A stretch of DNA of 64,000 nucleotides from a virus: IMG/VR virus record IMGVR_UViG_3300009082_000002, positions 32,001 through 96,000 of that record; one strand, 5' to 3'. Of this stretch, positions 62,259-64,000 are shown piece after piece (the stretch's first letter is position 1; each line of letters starts with the position of its first letter). The translations under genes were made by a program, and so were the position numbers. The notes under the pieces were generated by a model. It did no database searches. It had not been told where the DNA came from and was given only the letters and a program-made list of their open reading frames with translations.

Positions 62259-63242
62259 ATGGCGGGCGTCAAGAGATTTCAGGCCGAGGTTACCAGCATC
62301 AAGGACCCCGAGCGGCGCGGTAGGATCAAGGTGCGCTGCGAGTCGTTGCTCGACCGCGATGCAGAGGCGGGAGAGACCGAGGCGCCGGAGTTGCCAGACT
62401 GGCTGGAGCCGATGTTCCAGACGGCGGGCAACCCGGACAGGAACGGTGGGCGTGCCTATGGTCACTTCTTTGTTCCACGAGTCGGAGACATCGTCGAGAT
62501 TTTCGTGGACGAGGATGCTGGTATAGAAACAGAGGATGGCTTGCGCTGGCTCTGTGCTGTGTACCCGAACGCAGCCGCGTTGCCCCTGGTCTTCAAGGGT
62601 GAGGCGGCGGATCTGGCGGGATGGGGTACCCCGGATGAACTCTATCCGCTGATCCAAGGGTACATCTCTCCGCTCGGCAGCGGGTGGCTCGTAGCCGATC
62701 TTCCAGACAAGGACGGCAAGACCTACTCGTTCATGTCCCTGTTCCACCGTGCTGGCAGCTCTGGGCCGTGGCACGTCATCACGATGGGGGCGCAGAACGG
62801 TTTTAGCGGTCCCGTCATCTTCCTGGCTGACGGCCGTTTGAACAGCATCAGCATCGAGTACGACGAAGATCGGATCACCGTTCAAACTACAGACGGCCAT
62901 CGCATCATGCTCCAGCCCGATGGGATCGAAGTCGAGCACAGCTCCGGAGCCAAGCTCTCGGTTCAGCAGACCTTCATCGAAGTTCTTTCTGGCGGTGGCG
63001 AGGCTGTCAAGATCGACGACGCAGGTGGCATCACCATTGGAACTGGTGCGACGGAGCCGCTCGTTCTCGGTACCTCGTTCACGAACTTGCTGCTACTCGC
63101 GCTCGGTGAAATTTTGAATCATACTCATGCCGGTGGGGCGATCCCGTCTATGGACCCGCCCTTCAGCTCGAACCTTGCAGCGGTCATCAATACGCTAGCT
63201 CTGAACGTCCACCTTTCCGACTTGGCGAAGACGAAGAAGTGA
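62259..63242 (+). CDS. Baseplate spike (gpV/gp5-like)
   Basis: DPE.RGRIKV.C, FFVP.VGD.V, short beta repeats, C-terminal HTH (HxH) tip motif. Confidence 0.85.
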   Translation: MAGVKRFQAEVTSIKDPERRGRIKVRCESLLDRDAEAGETEAPELPDWLEPMFQTAGNPDRNGGRAYGHFFVPRVGDIVEIFVDEDAGIETEDGLRWLCAVYPNAAALPLVFKGEAADLAGWGTPDELYPLIQGYISPLGSGWLVADLPDKDGKTYSFMSLFHRAGSSGPWHVITMGAQNGFSGPVIFLADGRLNSISIEYDEDRITVQTTDGHRIMLQPDGIEVEHSSGAKLSVQQTFIEVLSGGGEAVKIDDAGGITIGTGATEPLVLGTSFTNLLLLALGEILNHTHAGGAIPSMDPPFSSNLAAVINTLALNVHLSDLAKTKK

Positions 63243-63293
63243 TCTAGGATAGGCCGACACAGTCGAGCCTTTGAAGGAGGAGGAAGAAAGAAG

Positions 63294-63869
63294 ATGGCCA
63301 ACAAGAACGTGACATTCGGAGACATCGAGAAGATCGCGAAGTCCGCAGTGACCGAGGACAAGGAGAGCGTGGACCAGTTCTGCGACCGTGTGCAGGCGGC
63401 GTTCCGGCGGGTCTGCGACGACATCCGCACGGCCAACAAGACCGACACCGTCTTCGGCAAGTTGCAGATGAGCGAGAAGTACCAGACCAACGACATCCCG
63501 CGCGTGCAGACCTGGTCGCTCTGGCTCAATCGGTTCTATGCCGGCTTCGCCGTGGTGAAGAACTCGCACGTCGCCAAGTTCTACAAGGTGCCGATCAGCG
63601 ACGACGGCAGCGACATCAAGTTCGATCTCGCCAAGGTCGCGGAGGTCCGCGAGGACTGGATCGCCAAGGCCGAGGGGTTCTGCATCGAATTCGAGCCCGC
63701 GCTCTGGTCGCCGCTCCTCTTCGGCACGACCGAGAAGGCGGTCGGCCCTGGTGGTCATGTGCCGGACGGAACCGGCCCACATGGTCGCGGCGTGGGCCCC
63801 GGCAAGGGCAAGCGCGACGGTTCGGGCATGGCCAAGGAAGAGGACGAGGACAAGGGCAAGGGCAAGTAG
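63294..63869 (+). CDS. Hypothetical protein with Gly-rich PDGTGP tail
   Basis: GGAGGAGG SD; strong codon bias. Confidence 0.65.
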   Translation: MANKNVTFGDIEKIAKSAVTEDKESVDQFCDRVQAAFRRVCDDIRTANKTDTVFGKLQMSEKYQTNDIPRVQTWSLWLNRFYAGFAVVKNSHVAKFYKVPISDDGSDIKFDLAKVAEVREDWIAKAEGFCIEFEPALWSPLLFGTTEKAVGPGGHVPDGTGPHGRGVGPGKGKRDGSGMAKEEDEDKGKGK

Positions 63870-63873
63870 AGCA

Positions 63874-64000
63874 GTGACCGAGAAGACCAAGAGCAAGCTA
63901 GGGCAGTGGGCCGCAGTCTTGACCGGGCTTGCTGCCCTCGTCGGCGCGCTGGTCGCGACCTGGGCCACCGTCGTCGCTCCGCATCTCGAAGCGAACACCA
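63874..64000 (+). CDS. 3'-truncated membrane protein
   Basis: MTEKTKSKLGQWAAVLTGLAALVGALVATW..., open to the window end. Confidence 0.45.
   Translation, partial: MTEKTKSKLGQWAAVLTGLAALVGALVATWATVVAPHLEANT

Noticed and set aside
52614-63242. Tailocin or extracellular contractile injection system
   Set aside because: Terminase, portal, protease and capsid genes are in the same operon, so this is a complete phage morphogenesis module.

Overview
This window is a high-GC, almost entirely plus-strand segment of a large contractile-tailed (myovirus-type) phage or prophage. I saw no host housekeeping genes, integrase, tRNA or CRISPR array. Positions 1-25.3 kb form an early/accessory region of many small ORFs. 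It includes a TOPRIM fragment, HTH regulators, a collagen-like lipoprotein, a DnaN-like sliding clamp, three stand-alone methyltransferase-like genes, an HNH nuclease, a repeated sigma70-type promoter cassette and a ~1 kb repeat-rich non-coding region that could be an origin. Positions 25.7-64 kb are the morphogenesis operon: terminase, portal, MuF, protease, scaffold, capsid, neck, sheath, tube, a frameshifted chaperone, tape measure and baseplate. Two head-assembly genes carry large enzyme cargoes. MuF is fused to a HipA/PI3-4-type kinase and a probable ADP-ribosyltransferase-like tip, and is followed by small candidate immunity ORFs. The XkdF-type prohead protease is the C-terminal domain of a 1762-aa polyprotein that also holds two Dam-family methyltransferases, a Pol-beta-like nucleotidyltransferase motif, an ATP-dependent DNA ligase and a LigD phosphoesterase-like domain. 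A recurring x-K-[A/S/G] motif lies at the domain junctions and also occurs in the scaffold and capsid. I infer a protease-released, capsid-packaged DNA protection and repair kit. All family assignments come from motif recognition by eye, not database searches.
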